DNA of 64,000 nt, taken from contig CAVPOC010000004.1 in NCBI GenBank assembly GCA_963706955.1, positions 96,001 through 160,000 on the forward strand, in the 5' to 3' direction. Made by a program: the position numbers and the translations under genes. Below, piece by piece: positions 41,139 through 51,808 of this stretch. Numbering within the stretch: position 1 is the first letter of the stretch; each line of letters starts with the position of its first letter. This stretch comes from an uncultured Verrucomicrobiae bacterium. GTDB lineage: Bacteria; Verrucomicrobiota; Verrucomicrobiia; Chthoniobacterales; Terrimicrobiaceae. The notes beneath the pieces are model-generated. The model ran no database searches, was not told the origin of the DNA, and worked only from the letters and a program-made list of their open reading frames with translations.

Positions 41139-42587
41139 ATGAACGCTCGTCCATACGGCGAAGTCGATTGGGAGGCGCTCGATAGCCGGCCAATTGCTGA
41201 CTGGTTCCAGGACGCGAAATTCGGGATTTTCATTCATTGGGGACTCTACTCGGTGCCTTCTTGGGCTCCGGTAGACGTGCCCAATGAATTGGAGAATCCA
41301 GTATGGTTGCGATATGCAGAGTGGTATTGGCATTCGCTGACAATGGGAGAAGGTTTGCCCAAAGACGCGTCGAACGGTGCCACCTGGCGGTTTCACCAGC
41401 GGGTTTATGGCGCGGCCTTCGCCTACGAGGATTTTGCGCCGCTGTTCCGCGCTGAATTATTCGATGGTGAGCAATGGGCCGAGACAATTCGAGCGGCCGG
41501 TGCGCGCTACGTGGTCCTTACTTCAAAACATCACGATGGCTTCGCGTTATGGCCCAGTGTGGAAGCAAGCAAGAACTGGGGGCGCGCTTGGAACAGCACG
41601 GACGCAGGGCCTAAGCGTGATCTGGTCGGAGATCTGACCGAGGCCATTCGCCAGAAGGGCCTTCGCATGGGACTCTACTATTCGTTGTATGAGTGGTTCA
41701 ATCCCCTCTGGATCGCCGACAGATCCCGCTATGTGCGAGAGCACATGCATCCTCAATTCAAGGACCTGGTCGCGCGTTACGAACCCTCGGTCATCTTCGC
41801 CGATGGCGAATGGGAATTAACGTCAGCGGACTGGGGGAGCCCGGAATTGCTGAAATGGTTGTTCGGCGAGTCGCCTTCAAAAGATGAGGTCGTTGTGAAT
41901 GATCGCTGGGGCAGCGATTCCCGCCATGTGCATGGAGGTTACTGGACGACTGAGTACACGGCCGGAATGAGCACATTGAAGCACCCTTGGGAGGAGAGCC
42001 GGGGCATCGGGTATTCGTATGGCTACAATCGTGCCGAACGTGCCGGAGACTATCGGACGGGTCGCGAGCTGGTGCTCATGCTCGTTGACATTGTCAGCCG
42101 CGGCGGAAATTTGCTCCTGGGAATTGGACCCACGGCTGATGGACGTATCCCCGTCATCATGGAGGAACGTTTGCTGGACGTCGGCCGATGGCTGCTTGTC
42201 AACGGAGAGGCGATCTACTCCACCCGCCCGTGGCAACGCAGCCGACAGTGGAGTGCCGGAGAACGGCCCCAGCTCGAGTATGACCAGGAGGTAATGGCGC
42301 CATATGACGTTTTGAAACTGGTCGAATCGCCTGGGGATGGATCAGCCGTCGTGGACGCTTTCTTTACCTGCAACAACCAGGCCGTATTCGCAATTTTGCC
42401 CCACTGGCCAGTAGGTAGCTTTACCTTCGGGGGAATCGACGCACAAAGCGTTAAGTCCGTCGTGCTCTTGGGAGACAATCGCCCGTTGGCGTTCCAGGGC
42501 ACAGCAGACGGAACTTCGGTCGACTTACCAGCGATTTCAGGAACTCATCTGACGCAACCAGCGTGGGTTCTGAAGTTCTCCGTGTAG
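41139..42587 (+). CDS. Alpha-L-fucosidase (GH29)
   Basis: WFQDAKFGIFIHWGLYSVP, YAEWY, TSKHHDGFALW, VNDRWG, SRGGNLLL. Confidence 0.92.
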   Translation: MNARPYGEVDWEALDSRPIADWFQDAKFGIFIHWGLYSVPSWAPVDVPNELENPVWLRYAEWYWHSLTMGEGLPKDASNGATWRFHQRVYGAAFAYEDFAPLFRAELFDGEQWAETIRAAGARYVVLTSKHHDGFALWPSVEASKNWGRAWNSTDAGPKRDLVGDLTEAIRQKGLRMGLYYSLYEWFNPLWIADRSRYVREHMHPQFKDLVARYEPSVIFADGEWELTSADWGSPELLKWLFGESPSKDEVVVNDRWGSDSRHVHGGYWTTEYTAGMSTLKHPWEESRGIGYSYGYNRAERAGDYRTGRELVLMLVDIVSRGGNLLLGIGPTADGRIPVIMEERLLDVGRWLLVNGEAIYSTRPWQRSRQWSAGERPQLEYDQEVMAPYDVLKLVESPGDGSAVVDAFFTCNNQAVFAILPHWPVGSFTFGGIDAQSVKSVVLLGDNRPLAFQGTADGTSVDLPAISGTHLTQPAWVLKFSV

Positions 42588-42600
42588 CTCGAACCGAAGT

Positions 42601-43140
42601 TTATTTCTGATCGAATGGGGACCCCTCCCAATCCCTGATAAAGCTTAGAACTTTCTGATCATCACCTCTGGACAGCCAGACTGCTTTCAGGAAGTCGGCT
42701 GGGTGAAGTCGATGTTCTCGAAGAAAATGCCGGTCTCCGCCGCAGCCATACATGATGTCATGGCAAAGAGCTCCTTCAAGGAAGCAGGTTGCCTTCTTGA
42801 TGATGCGAGGAAGCCATGTGATTCCCGCAAGAGTTGCGCGCTTAGCGGGCAGCTCGTCGGGTCGAATTTCATTCAGGCTCCCGGCCCGCTTTTGCTCAAA
42901 GATGAAATAGTGGCGACGGACGGCGACAATGAGGAGATAGGTATCCCAATCCGGCTCTCCCGCCGAGACGAAATCCTCGACGTAATCATAGACGTTGATC
43001 GGACGCAGCCCGATCGAGGCGAGAAATCTCTTCTCCTCGGGGGAAAAATAGGTGGCATCGTCGCGCTGACCGTCACGGTAACGGGTTACCGCCTTGTCGT
43101 AGATCTTGCGCAGGTCCGTCGTCCAAACATCGGATTTCAT
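42601..43140 (-). CDS. DUF5069-like protein
   Basis: LAGITWLPRIIKKA...IMYGCGGDRHFL motif. Confidence 0.65.
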   Translation of the reverse strand: MKSDVWTTDLRKIYDKAVTRYRDGQRDDATYFSPEEKRFLASIGLRPINVYDYVEDFVSAGEPDWDTYLLIVAVRRHYFIFEQKRAGSLNEIRPDELPAKRATLAGITWLPRIIKKATCFLEGALCHDIMYGCGGDRHFLREHRLHPADFLKAVWLSRGDDQKVLSFIRDWEGSPFDQK

Positions 43141-43253
43141 GGGTTTATACGAACAGGGCAGCGTCGCTTTTGCAGTACGTTTTTCGCACCGCTTTGGCGC
43201 CTTGACTAAATGCCACGTCGAATTATCTGCGGGCGGATCTGGAGCGACGCCAA

Positions 43254-44177
43254 TCAGTCGCCGGCAAGGACTTCGGCGGCGGTCTTGAAGTGCATCTTCG
43301 CGACGGTGCTCAGGGCATCCCGTCCGCCTATTTCGGCAACCTTTCTGGCCGCTTGCTTGACTGAGGCCGACACGCCTCTTGGCAGGGCAACACCGAGTCG
43401 TTTCCCGGCGGTATCCAGCCAATCGATGAACTTCTCGCGGGCCAGGATGGATGCCGCCGCAACTGCGAAGTCTGACTCCGCCTTGGTGCGCTGTTCGAGT
43501 GCAAGCGTCCGGCCTTTTTCCATGATCGCTCGCTGGAGCACGCGAACATCGGCGAACTTGTCAGAAAGCGCACGCGGGCACTCCGGTCGCAGCTCGCAAA
43601 GGTTCTCGATGACTCGAGCGTGTCCCCAAGCGAGCAGGCGATTCAGGTTGCCGATCTTCAGAAACAGCGAATTGTAGCGTTCGGGTCCGATGGTCACCAC
43701 GCTTTGGGCGGCTCCAGAGTTTCGAATTGCGACCGCCAGATCTCGGATGCGTTTGTCGGATGAAATGCGTTTGCTGTCGGTCACCCCGATTTGCTGGAAC
43801 TGTCGCGCGAGGTCACGATCGACATAGACACCAGCGATCACCAGCGGTCCAAAAAAGTCGCCTTTGCCGCTTTCATCGATGCCAAAATGCGGTTCGAACA
43901 TTTCGGGATTGAGAACCTCTTCATAGCCGAGCTTGGCTTCTCCCAGGATTTCGGGTTCGAGTCGGAATTTGACGAAGTCTTCCGTGCCCCGGCCCTGGGC
44001 GACAAGCTTTGGTCCTTTCTCGTAAACGGCGATCGTGAGCTTGTCTTTTTGCGCAAAGTAGAGGGTGTACGGGCGCGTTTCGAATTTGTATCCCTCCTCG
44101 CGCAGCAAGGCTCTCAACTTCGCGGCTTGCGCGGGTGTTACGGGAGTTGTGTAAAGGGTGATGGCTTTGTCCGGCAC
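43254..44177 (-). CDS. rnhC: Ribonuclease HIII
   Basis: N-terminal TBP-like domain (IAVYEKGPKLVAQG), GIDESGKGDFFGPLV, DSK, AAASILAR, AKMHFKT. Confidence 0.92.
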   Translation of the reverse strand: MPDKAITLYTTPVTPAQAAKLRALLREEGYKFETRPYTLYFAQKDKLTIAVYEKGPKLVAQGRGTEDFVKFRLEPEILGEAKLGYEEVLNPEMFEPHFGIDESGKGDFFGPLVIAGVYVDRDLARQFQQIGVTDSKRISSDKRIRDLAVAIRNSGAAQSVVTIGPERYNSLFLKIGNLNRLLAWGHARVIENLCELRPECPRALSDKFADVRVLQRAIMEKGRTLALEQRTKAESDFAVAAASILAREKFIDWLDTAGKRLGVALPRGVSASVKQAARKVAEIGGRDALSTVAKMHFKTAAEVLAGD

Positions 44178-45180
44178 AGGAAAGAGCAATAAAGCGCAAG
44201 CTGGCGGCGACACGGAGCAAAAAATCCGACGCAAGCTCTGGCGGTGGTTCAAGGGCCATGGGCGTGATCTGCCTTGGCGGCGGACCCATGATCCCTATGC
44301 CATTTTAGTCTCGGAGTTGATGCTTCAGCAAACAACGGTGAGCGCGGTCATCCCCTATTTCGAGCGTTGGATGGCCAGATTCCCTACCTTGGCCTCTCTT
44401 GCCCGATCCACCGAGGAAGATGTCCTGGCGCTTTGGCAGGGTCTTGGCTACTACGGGCGCGCTCACAATCTTCGCCAGATCGCGGTGACGCTCGTCGGCC
44501 AGCGCAGGCCGGAGGTTCCGGATTCGCTCGCCGAGCTTCGGAATTTGCCGGGGGTGGGCGATTACACCGCCGCGGCAGTGGCTTCCTTTGCCTTCGATGC
44601 CGTGGAACCGTTGATCGACGGGAATATTGCCCGAGTGCTTGCGCGACTCGGAAATTGGAAGGAGCCGATCGATGGCGCTGCCGGGCGCGCTTTCCTCCTC
44701 CAATCGGCGAGGGACCTCCTGCCAAGGTCTGGTGGGCGTTTGCACAATTCCGCTTTGATGGAACTGGGAGCGTTGGTCTGCGTGGTGCGAAATCCGAAAT
44801 GTCCTAGTTGCCCGCTGCGCCGCGAGTGTGCCGCCGAAGGCCCAAATGAATTGCCGATGAAGAAACCGCGTCGTCCCATCGAACGGGTCGACGACTCTCG
44901 AGCGTTTATCTTCGAGCGCGGAAAACTATGGCTCGAGCGCGCGCGAGGGCCACGGTGGCGGGGAATGTGGGTCCTTCCTCAAACACAACTGACCAGCCGT
45001 TGCGCGGATCATGTTGAGCGCTACTTCATTACCCGATTTCACGTGACGATGCGCACCTACGTCGAGTCCAGGCAAGATCGGACTCTGGAAGGATACGCCC
45101 TCGAATCTTTGCCGCCGATGCCCTCCCCACACAGGCGCACGGTTGCAGCGATGTTGCAAAGAGTCCATAGTCGGACCTGA
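44161..45180 (+). CDS. mutY: A/G-specific adenine glycosylase
   Basis: [38 protein letters not shown], Cx6Cx2Cx5C. Confidence 0.92.
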   Translation: MALSGTGKSNKAQAGGDTEQKIRRKLWRWFKGHGRDLPWRRTHDPYAILVSELMLQQTTVSAVIPYFERWMARFPTLASLARSTEEDVLALWQGLGYYGRAHNLRQIAVTLVGQRRPEVPDSLAELRNLPGVGDYTAAAVASFAFDAVEPLIDGNIARVLARLGNWKEPIDGAAGRAFLLQSARDLLPRSGGRLHNSALMELGALVCVVRNPKCPSCPLRRECAAEGPNELPMKKPRRPIERVDDSRAFIFERGKLWLERARGPRWRGMWVLPQTQLTSRCADHVERYFITRFHVTMRTYVESRQDRTLEGYALESLPPMPSPHRRTVAAMLQRVHSRT

Positions 45181-46391
45181 TGAATCGAGCTGATCCTGTT
45201 CCCGATGCCTTGGGGCACTTTGGCCCATACGGCGGCCGGTTTGTTCCCGAGACGCTGGTGAGTGCCCTCGAAGAGCTGGAGCTTGAATATCAAAAGGCGC
45301 GAACCGACCCTGAGTTCCGCAAGGAGTTCTCCAGCCTACTGGCAAATTATTGCGGGCGCCCGACGCCGTTGTATTTCGCGGAGCGCCTAACTGGACGGTT
45401 GGGAGGAGCGAAGATCTATTTGAAACGCGAAGATCTTCTCCACACCGGAGCCCACAAGATCAACAATGCCGTCGGGCAGGCTCTGCTTTGTAAACGCATG
45501 GGAAAGAAGCGGGTTATTGCCGAAACTGGGGCCGGCCAGCACGGGGTCGCCACCGCGACGGTTGCCGCGCGGTTTGGCTTCGAATGTGTCATCTATATGG
45601 GAGTCGTCGACATGAAGCGCCAATCGCTCAACGTCTCACGCATGCAGTTTCTCGGCGCGACAGTCGTTCCGGTCACTGCGGGCCAGGCAACGCTCAAAGA
45701 AGCGATCAACGAGGCAATGCGCGACTGGGTGACCAACGTAAGATCGACTCATTACGTTTTGGGCACCGCGTACGGCTCACATCCTTACCCGATGATGGTC
45801 CGGGACTTTCACCGCATTATCGGCGACGAAGCGCGCCGGCAGGTGCTTCAACGCGAGGAACGGCTGCCAGACCTTCTCGTCGCTTGCGTCGGCGGCGGGA
45901 GTAATGCGATCGGGCTGTTCTATCCTTTTCTGGAGGACGAGAGCGTGCGCATGGTCGGGGTGGAGGCCGGTGGCGAAGGGATTATCCGAGGACGTCACGC
46001 CGCCCGTTTCCAAGGCGGAAAACTCGGTGTGCTCCAGGGCGCAAAGACTTGGCTGCTCGCCAATGAGGATGGACAGATCGAGCTCACCCACTCGGTTTCT
46101 GCCGGTTTGGACTATGCGGCAGTGGGACCGGAACACTGCTATTTGCACGACATTCGTCGAGTCGACTACGATTACGCCACCGACAGCGAAGCACTAGCGG
46201 CCTTTCGGCTGCTTGCCGAGGTGGAGGGCATAGTTCCGGCCCTGGAGTCGGCCCACGCGGTCGCGCACGCAATTAAAGTGGCGCCCAAAATGAGAGCCGA
46301 TCAAATCATCATCATCAACTTGTCGGGTCGCGGCGATAAGGATGTGGCGCAGGCGGCGGAATTCCTCTTGAAGGAGGATGTTCTCGACTAA
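45180..46391 (+). CDS. trpB: Tryptophan synthase beta chain
   Basis: [48 protein letters not shown]. Confidence 0.96.
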   Translation: MNRADPVPDALGHFGPYGGRFVPETLVSALEELELEYQKARTDPEFRKEFSSLLANYCGRPTPLYFAERLTGRLGGAKIYLKREDLLHTGAHKINNAVGQALLCKRMGKKRVIAETGAGQHGVATATVAARFGFECVIYMGVVDMKRQSLNVSRMQFLGATVVPVTAGQATLKEAINEAMRDWVTNVRSTHYVLGTAYGSHPYPMMVRDFHRIIGDEARRQVLQREERLPDLLVACVGGGSNAIGLFYPFLEDESVRMVGVEAGGEGIIRGRHAARFQGGKLGVLQGAKTWLLANEDGQIELTHSVSAGLDYAAVGPEHCYLHDIRRVDYDYATDSEALAAFRLLAEVEGIVPALESAHAVAHAIKVAPKMRADQIIIINLSGRGDKDVAQAAEFLLKEDVLD

Positions 46392-46548
46392 GGCGTAACT
46401 GCACGAGGATTGGAAAAGCTTTAGACGGCGCTGGCCAAGCGCCTGTGGATTTTGCCGTCGCTTGAGAAGAAGCGCTGCTACGCGACCACCTTGGAACCGT
46501 GCTCGCGCCGGGCAGGTAGCTGGATAATTGCGTCAGATGGGCTGCGGT

Positions 46549-48379
46549 CTATGCGGCCACCGCTTCCTCCTGGTGAAACTGCAGCTGATACAGCTTGCGG
46601 TAAAGACGGGACTTCTCCAGCAAAGAGGTGTGTGGGCCGATGTCCACGATCCGGCCATGGGCCATCACCACGATGCTGTCCGACTTCAGAATCGTCGAGA
46701 GCCGGTGTGCGATCGCAACCACAGTGCGCCCGTGAGCAAGGCGCTCAAGAGCCGCTTGGATCATCCTCTCCGATTCGGAGTCTAGTGCCGAGGTCGCTTC
46801 ATCGAGCAACAAAATGGGGGCGTTTTTTAGCAAAGCGCGCGCGATGGCCAGGCGTTGCTGCTGACCGCCTGAGAGCAGGCATCCCTTGTCGCCGACGACC
46901 GTGTCGTAACCCTCCGGCTGAGCAAGAATGAAGTCGTGTGCGTAAGCGAGTTTGGCGGCAGCATGAATCTCGGCTTCGGTGGCAGTCAGGCGCCCGTAGC
47001 GGATATTTTCATAGATTGTGTCGTGAAAGAGAAAGGTCTCCTGGGTCACGATTCCAATGTGCTCGCGAAGGGAGCGCTGCTGAATGGTGCGAAGATCGCG
47101 CCCGTCGAGCTCGATGACACCTTGCTGCGGATCATAAAAGCGCAGCATCAGCGAAAGCATAGTCGTCTTGCCGGCACCACTCGCGCCAACGAGGGCGTAT
47201 TGCTTCCCTGGCTCGATCTCGAGACTGACATTCTGCAGAGCAGGCGCGTCCTGCCCGTAAGAGAAACTCACGATTGCGAAAGGAAATCCTTCCGGGACAC
47301 TGGCTGATTGCCGTCGCGTCGCTGGCATCTTGGATGGCCGGCTTTAAGCTCATCAGGTCGAAAACGTTCGTCGTCGACGAGAGACATTTCTGCATCAGCA
47401 TCGGAATTCTGCTGAGAGACTTCAGCGGATTATAAAGCAGGAAAATTCCCGAGCAGAGCGCGATGAACTTCATAAAGCTAATATTGAAATAATAGACATA
47501 GAGGATCGCGAGCACGACGCCACAGGCGGAAACTGATTCTATAAGGGGTTGGACGATGTCAGTGGCCCTGCGCACTCTCATGCTGTTTTGACATTGAATG
47601 GCACTCGATTTCTCAAACTGCGCAATCTGGTAATCTTCGCGCGCAAACGATTTGATAACCCGCACTCCGGCAAAACTCTCCTGCAGAATGACAGCCATCG
47701 TGCCTGCCTCGTTCTCTTCGGCGGTTCCGGCCTTGCGCACTTTTTTTCCGAAGATCAACACGGGAACGATGCAGATCGGAAAAAGGACAAGGGTGGTCAA
47801 ACTGAATCGCCAGTCCATTGCCACCAAAACCGCCACTCCCACAATCACGGCAATCGGATCCTTGACGATGTTTCCGGCAATGGAGGTAAGGGCATTTTGG
47901 GCCATTCTCGTGTCATTGAGAACTCGCGAAATCAGCTTGCCCGACTTCGCCCGATTGAAAAATTCCAGGGACTGCGAAATGAGATGCTGAAAAAGCTTGG
48001 TGCGAAGATCCTGGAGAACGCGCGCGCTCACCCACGCCATACAATACCCGTTGAGGAAGGAGAAAACACCGCGCGCGACCATCGCTATTGGAATAAGAAG
48101 GCTGATCCAGAGAACACCCTCGATGCCCGGGCCTGAGTCCTGCCCGGCCGTGATCGCCAGCTTGTAGGCGTTGGGGTCTTGTCCGGCGGGAAAGATCCTC
48201 TCGCCGACCAGCTTAACGACCAAAGGGAAAACGCCATTGAGCATGCCGGCAGCAACTCCGCAGAGAAGTCCAACGACAAACCTGCTCCGGTACGGCTTCA
48301 TGTATTGCGCGAGCGTCCAATACGGACGCCAGCCCTGCCGCAGCAGTTCGATGAATGATAGTTTCTTCTTTTCCGGCAT
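46549..48379 (-). CDS. MsbA-like ABC exporter (permease plus ATPase); frameshift near 47290
   Basis: 6-TM ABC membrane domain, GASGAGKT, LSGGQQQR, LLDEATSALD. Confidence 0.85.
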
Positions 48380-48419
48380 TAAGGTTACTACCTATAGCAC
48401 TTTTGCGTTCGCTCGAATT

Positions 48420-49505
48420 CTAAAAAGCGCTCCCCTCCGTCAAGATTCCGAAGTAGGCGTCCCAGATTTCCTCTCCCCCGAAGATCCAGAAAAGAGCGCC
48501 AAAGGCCAAAAATGGACCGAATGGGACACGCGCACCGGCTTTGTCTCTGGCCAAGAAAATGCCCGCGAACGCGGCCGCGCATCCGACGATTGATGCAGTC
48601 GCCAGCGCAAAAAGCACGGCTTTCCAGCCAAGAAAAGCTCCGATGGCCGCGATCAGCTTGACGTCGCCGAAGCCCATCGCTTCCCGAGGGATTGTCACCC
48701 CTCGGAGGGTTCCCGTGATCGCCTCGAGCTTGTCTAAGGGCGTCTCTTGATCGGCGACGATCATTCGATCGTGACGAAACCGCAAGACCGGTCTGTCGCC
48801 GGCGATGCTCGCGCTGGCGCATTCGAGGACCAACTCATCGGATTCCCGGGCAAAGATGTCATCCCAACAGAAAACTTCCTCCCCGATTTGCAGGGTCATG
48901 GCGCCTTCGCTCGGTCGCACCGCGAAGGGCTCTTCCTTCTCAAAACGGTGCCGCTTCTTTCCAAAGGCGAGCTTGCCGATTTCGACAATAGCCCACAAAA
49001 GAGCGAAACCGAACGCGGCTGCGCCCAACGAAAGCCAAAAGCTTTGGGCATGGGAGGTCGTTTGCATCATCCCCGGGAACAGAGCGCTGAGAAACAGACC
49101 CATAGCGATTCCGCCGAGCGTAAGTTCATCCGGTATCAGGAAGTGTTCGAGATCGATAAAAGTTGCAGTGAGAAGGAGTGCCACGAAGATCGAGTAAACC
49201 GCAGCCAGCGGAAAAGCGAAGCGCACCCACACAAGAACAAACAGGAAAGCCGTTAAAAGCTCTACCAGGAGATACCGAAAGGAAATTTTGGCTCCGCAGC
49301 TGGAGCACCTTCCCCGCAAGAGAAACCAGCTTAAGACCGGCACGTTTTCACGCCATGGAATTGCGCCAAGGCAGAGCGGACAAAACGACCGCCGCGGTTC
49401 ATTGAGCGAGATGCCCCGTGGCAACCGATAAATACAGGCATTCAGGAAGGAACCGACGATTCCTCCAATCACCGCCGCGAGGACGGCAAGGATGGCCTCG
49501 CTCAT
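48420..49505 (-). CDS. pilD: Type IV prepilin peptidase with internal insertion
   Basis: GSFLNACIYRLP, two CxxC pairs, FIDLEH, MGFGDVKL, PFGPFL. Confidence 0.88.
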   Translation of the reverse strand: MSEAILAVLAAVIGGIVGSFLNACIYRLPRGISLNEPRRSFCPLCLGAIPWRENVPVLSWFLLRGRCSSCGAKISFRYLLVELLTAFLFVLVWVRFAFPLAAVYSIFVALLLTATFIDLEHFLIPDELTLGGIAMGLFLSALFPGMMQTTSHAQSFWLSLGAAAFGFALLWAIVEIGKLAFGKKRHRFEKEEPFAVRPSEGAMTLQIGEEVFCWDDIFARESDELVLECASASIAGDRPVLRFRHDRMIVADQETPLDKLEAITGTLRGVTIPREAMGFGDVKLIAAIGAFLGWKAVLFALATASIVGCAAAFAGIFLARDKAGARVPFGPFLAFGALFWIFGGEEIWDAYFGILTEGSAF

Positions 49506-50095
49506 TCTCTTTCAAGTTCCGCTTCCGCGATCTCACAGAGAACATGAAGCAGAAACTTGTGCGCTTCCTGGATGCGCGCAGTCGAGTCTGAGCCAACAAT
49601 TAGGTCGATGTCGGCGGCCCCTGCCGTGAAGCCGCCTCCTTTGCCCAGCAACGCGATGGTTTTCATTTCGCGGCGACGTGCTTCCTCGATGGCGGAGAGG
49701 ACATTGCGAGACTTTCCGCTCGTGGACAGGGCAATCAAAACATCGCCAGGCTTTGCGAATGCTTGCACCTGACGCGCGAAAATCTCCTGAAAACCGTAGT
49801 CGTTGCCAATTGCCGTGAGAAGCCCCCCGTCGGCGCTCAAGGCAATTGCCGGATAAGGACGTCGATCTTCTTTGAGTCGGCACGTGAACTCGGAGGCAAT
49901 GTGCGAGCTATCGCTAGCGCTTCCTCCGTTTCCACAGACGAGCAGTTTTCCGCCAGCCCGTAAGGAGGTCGTGACGACCTCAACGGCACGAATCAAGTCG
50001 GCTTCGATGGCACGTAAGTTCTTGAAGGTGTCAAGAGCTTCGTTGATCGAGGATTGGAATGGCGTCAGGCTGCCAGCCGTTGCGGTGCGAGGCAC
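49502..50095 (-). CDS. gmhA: Phosphoheptose isomerase
   Basis: CGNGGSASDSSH, TAIGNDYG, STSG, ARIQEAH. Confidence 0.92.
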   Translation of the reverse strand: MPRTATAGSLTPFQSSINEALDTFKNLRAIEADLIRAVEVVTTSLRAGGKLLVCGNGGSASDSSHIASEFTCRLKEDRRPYPAIALSADGGLLTAIGNDYGFQEIFARQVQAFAKPGDVLIALSTSGKSRNVLSAIEEARRREMKTIALLGKGGGFTAGAADIDLIVGSDSTARIQEAHKFLLHVLCEIAEAELERE

Positions 50096-50580
50096 AGTCG
50101 GGAATCTTCTTTAAGAATTTGTTTCAGAGCGGGCCAATCTGCAATGTCCATTTCGCAGAACAAATTGAGGTAAGCAATCACGGCGAAGCGAGATTGATTC
50201 TCGAGCAGCGGATTGATCGCCTCCATGAGGCGATCTACGGGCGGTTCGTCTGGAAGAGTCTCCAACAAGCCGCGGCCGTCATGCTCAACACCGAGACTCT
50301 CGAGGAAGGTGCAGACCAGTTGCCGATGAGCTCCAAGCAGCCAGGTTTGGAGCACCTCAGTGGCCGCGTCGTCATTACTCTTCCGAGCCAGCTCGGTGTG
50401 CATCCATGCATGGCGCTCCACGCGAGTCTTTCGCTCGAGGACAATAGGACGAAGCTTTCGCCGCGTGGCGAGCACTTGAAGGCACGCGCGATAGGCCCGT
50501 TTGTCGCTGGCGTAAAGGTATTGAAAGATCTCAGCCGCCGCTTCGTCAGGAAATCGTTGCAAAATCTCGTAGACTTTCAT
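50065..50580 (-). CDS. Conserved hypothetical protein
   Basis: MKVYEIL...RKLRPIVLE...WLLG..RQLVCTFLESLGVEHDGRG; overlaps the gmhA start. Confidence 0.65.
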   Translation of the reverse strand: MKVYEILQRFPDEAAAEIFQYLYASDKRAYRACLQVLATRRKLRPIVLERKTRVERHAWMHTELARKSNDDAATEVLQTWLLGAHRQLVCTFLESLGVEHDGRGLLETLPDEPPVDRLMEAINPLLENQSRFAVIAYLNLFCEMDIADWPALKQILKEDSRLCLAPQRLAA

Positions 50581-50686
50581 GCTTGGGCTTTGGCCCGCGT
50601 CGCCAGAATCGGAGTGGGAAAACACGCCCGAGTCAAGCACGCTGAAAATTTGACAGGAGGCATCAAAGCCGCTTGTATGCCGCCCC

Positions 50687-51199
50687 ATGAGGAAACTCCT
50701 CACATTCGGTTTGTTGTCAATCGCGTTCGCCTCCTGCTCGACGCCGCCGGAGCCTGCTACCAAGCTCGAGCGCGCCGCCGTTTTGCCGCTGGAGATCAAT
50801 GATAATTTTCAAATCCGCAAGATCAAACAAACCTTCTTTGCCGAGGGCCCAGTGCCGGAGACGGAAAGTGAGCCGGTCAATTTTGAGCGCAGACGCTTGG
50901 AATGGGGAGCAGTCGATCGCATGCAACTGCAAATGCGCTATGGGAACTATTACCAGTTCTTCTGGCGCACCTCAGAGCAGGCCGACGTGACCGTCCGGCT
51001 GGAATACCGCCAAGCTGCACTCGGCAATTATGTCATGGCTGTGGAGCGTTATTATCCGCAGGCGAAAGGCTCCTACAGGTCGGAATTCGACACCGCTGGC
51101 GACGAGTTTCTGGAAAATGGTCGCGTTACCTCCTGGCGACTCCTGCTCATCGTCAATGGGCGGATTGTAGCCTTCAGGCAATCCTTTATGTGGCGCTAA
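50687..51199 (+). CDS. Hypothetical lipoprotein
   Basis: AFASC lipobox; RYGNYYQFFW, GRVTSWR...SFMW. Confidence 0.7.
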   Translation: MRKLLTFGLLSIAFASCSTPPEPATKLERAAVLPLEINDNFQIRKIKQTFFAEGPVPETESEPVNFERRRLEWGAVDRMQLQMRYGNYYQFFWRTSEQADVTVRLEYRQAALGNYVMAVERYYPQAKGSYRSEFDTAGDEFLENGRVTSWRLLLIVNGRIVAFRQSFMWR

Positions 51200-51213
51200 G
51201 GCCCGGGAGGTAT

Positions 51214-51243
51214 TTGACAGCGCTTGCTTAGCTGGGGTAGTTT
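51214..51243 (+). promoter_or_regulatory. Sigma70-like promoter of the STAS-PP2C-grpE-dnaJ unit
   Basis: TTGACA, 18 bp, TAGTTT; 11 bp upstream of the GTG start. Confidence 0.5.
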
Positions 51244-51254
51244 CTCGCACTAGT

Positions 51255-51779
51255 GTGAACACAACATCGTCCGTCCAGGTCGGCTGCGTTGACCGTGCCG
51301 TCTGGGTAAAGGTAGAAGGTCGCGGGACCTTCCAAAATAGCGCGGGTCTCAAGGAGTTTGTTAAGCAGATGATCCAGCGCGGATACAGGGATTTTGTGGT
51401 CGACCTCCGCGATTGTGAACAGATGGACTCTACCTTCATGGGAACGCTCGCGGGAGTTGCCCTCCGGCTTCGCGAGCTCGGGCAAGGCGGTCTGCGCACG
51501 ATCAATGTCAATGATCGCAACTGTGGTCTCCTGAGCAGTCTCGGACTAGATCAGCTCTTCCATGTGGAGGGCGTCTCCATGGACGAGAAGAGCCAGCCGA
51601 GAGATCTGGAACTTCGCGAGACGGTGCAGAAAAAGATGGATCACAAGGAACAGAAGCGCGCCGTGCTCGAAGCGCACGAGGCGCTTGTCGAAGCGGATGC
51701 TGCCAACGCCGTCAAATTCAGAGATGTCCTTGAGTATATGCGGCATGAACTGAACGTCTCCGATTCCGAAAGGACATAG
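51255..51779 (+). CDS. STAS-domain anti-sigma factor antagonist with C-terminal extension
   Basis: VVDLRDCEQMDSTFMG phospho-Ser motif, LGLDQLF, LEAHEAL...KFRDV tail. Confidence 0.88.
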   Translation: MNTTSSVQVGCVDRAVWVKVEGRGTFQNSAGLKEFVKQMIQRGYRDFVVDLRDCEQMDSTFMGTLAGVALRLRELGQGGLRTINVNDRNCGLLSSLGLDQLFHVEGVSMDEKSQPRDLELRETVQKKMDHKEQKRAVLEAHEALVEADAANAVKFRDVLEYMRHELNVSDSERT

Positions 51780-51808
51780 GAGCCTAGAGTCCTGGTTCAT
51801 GCAGCCCG

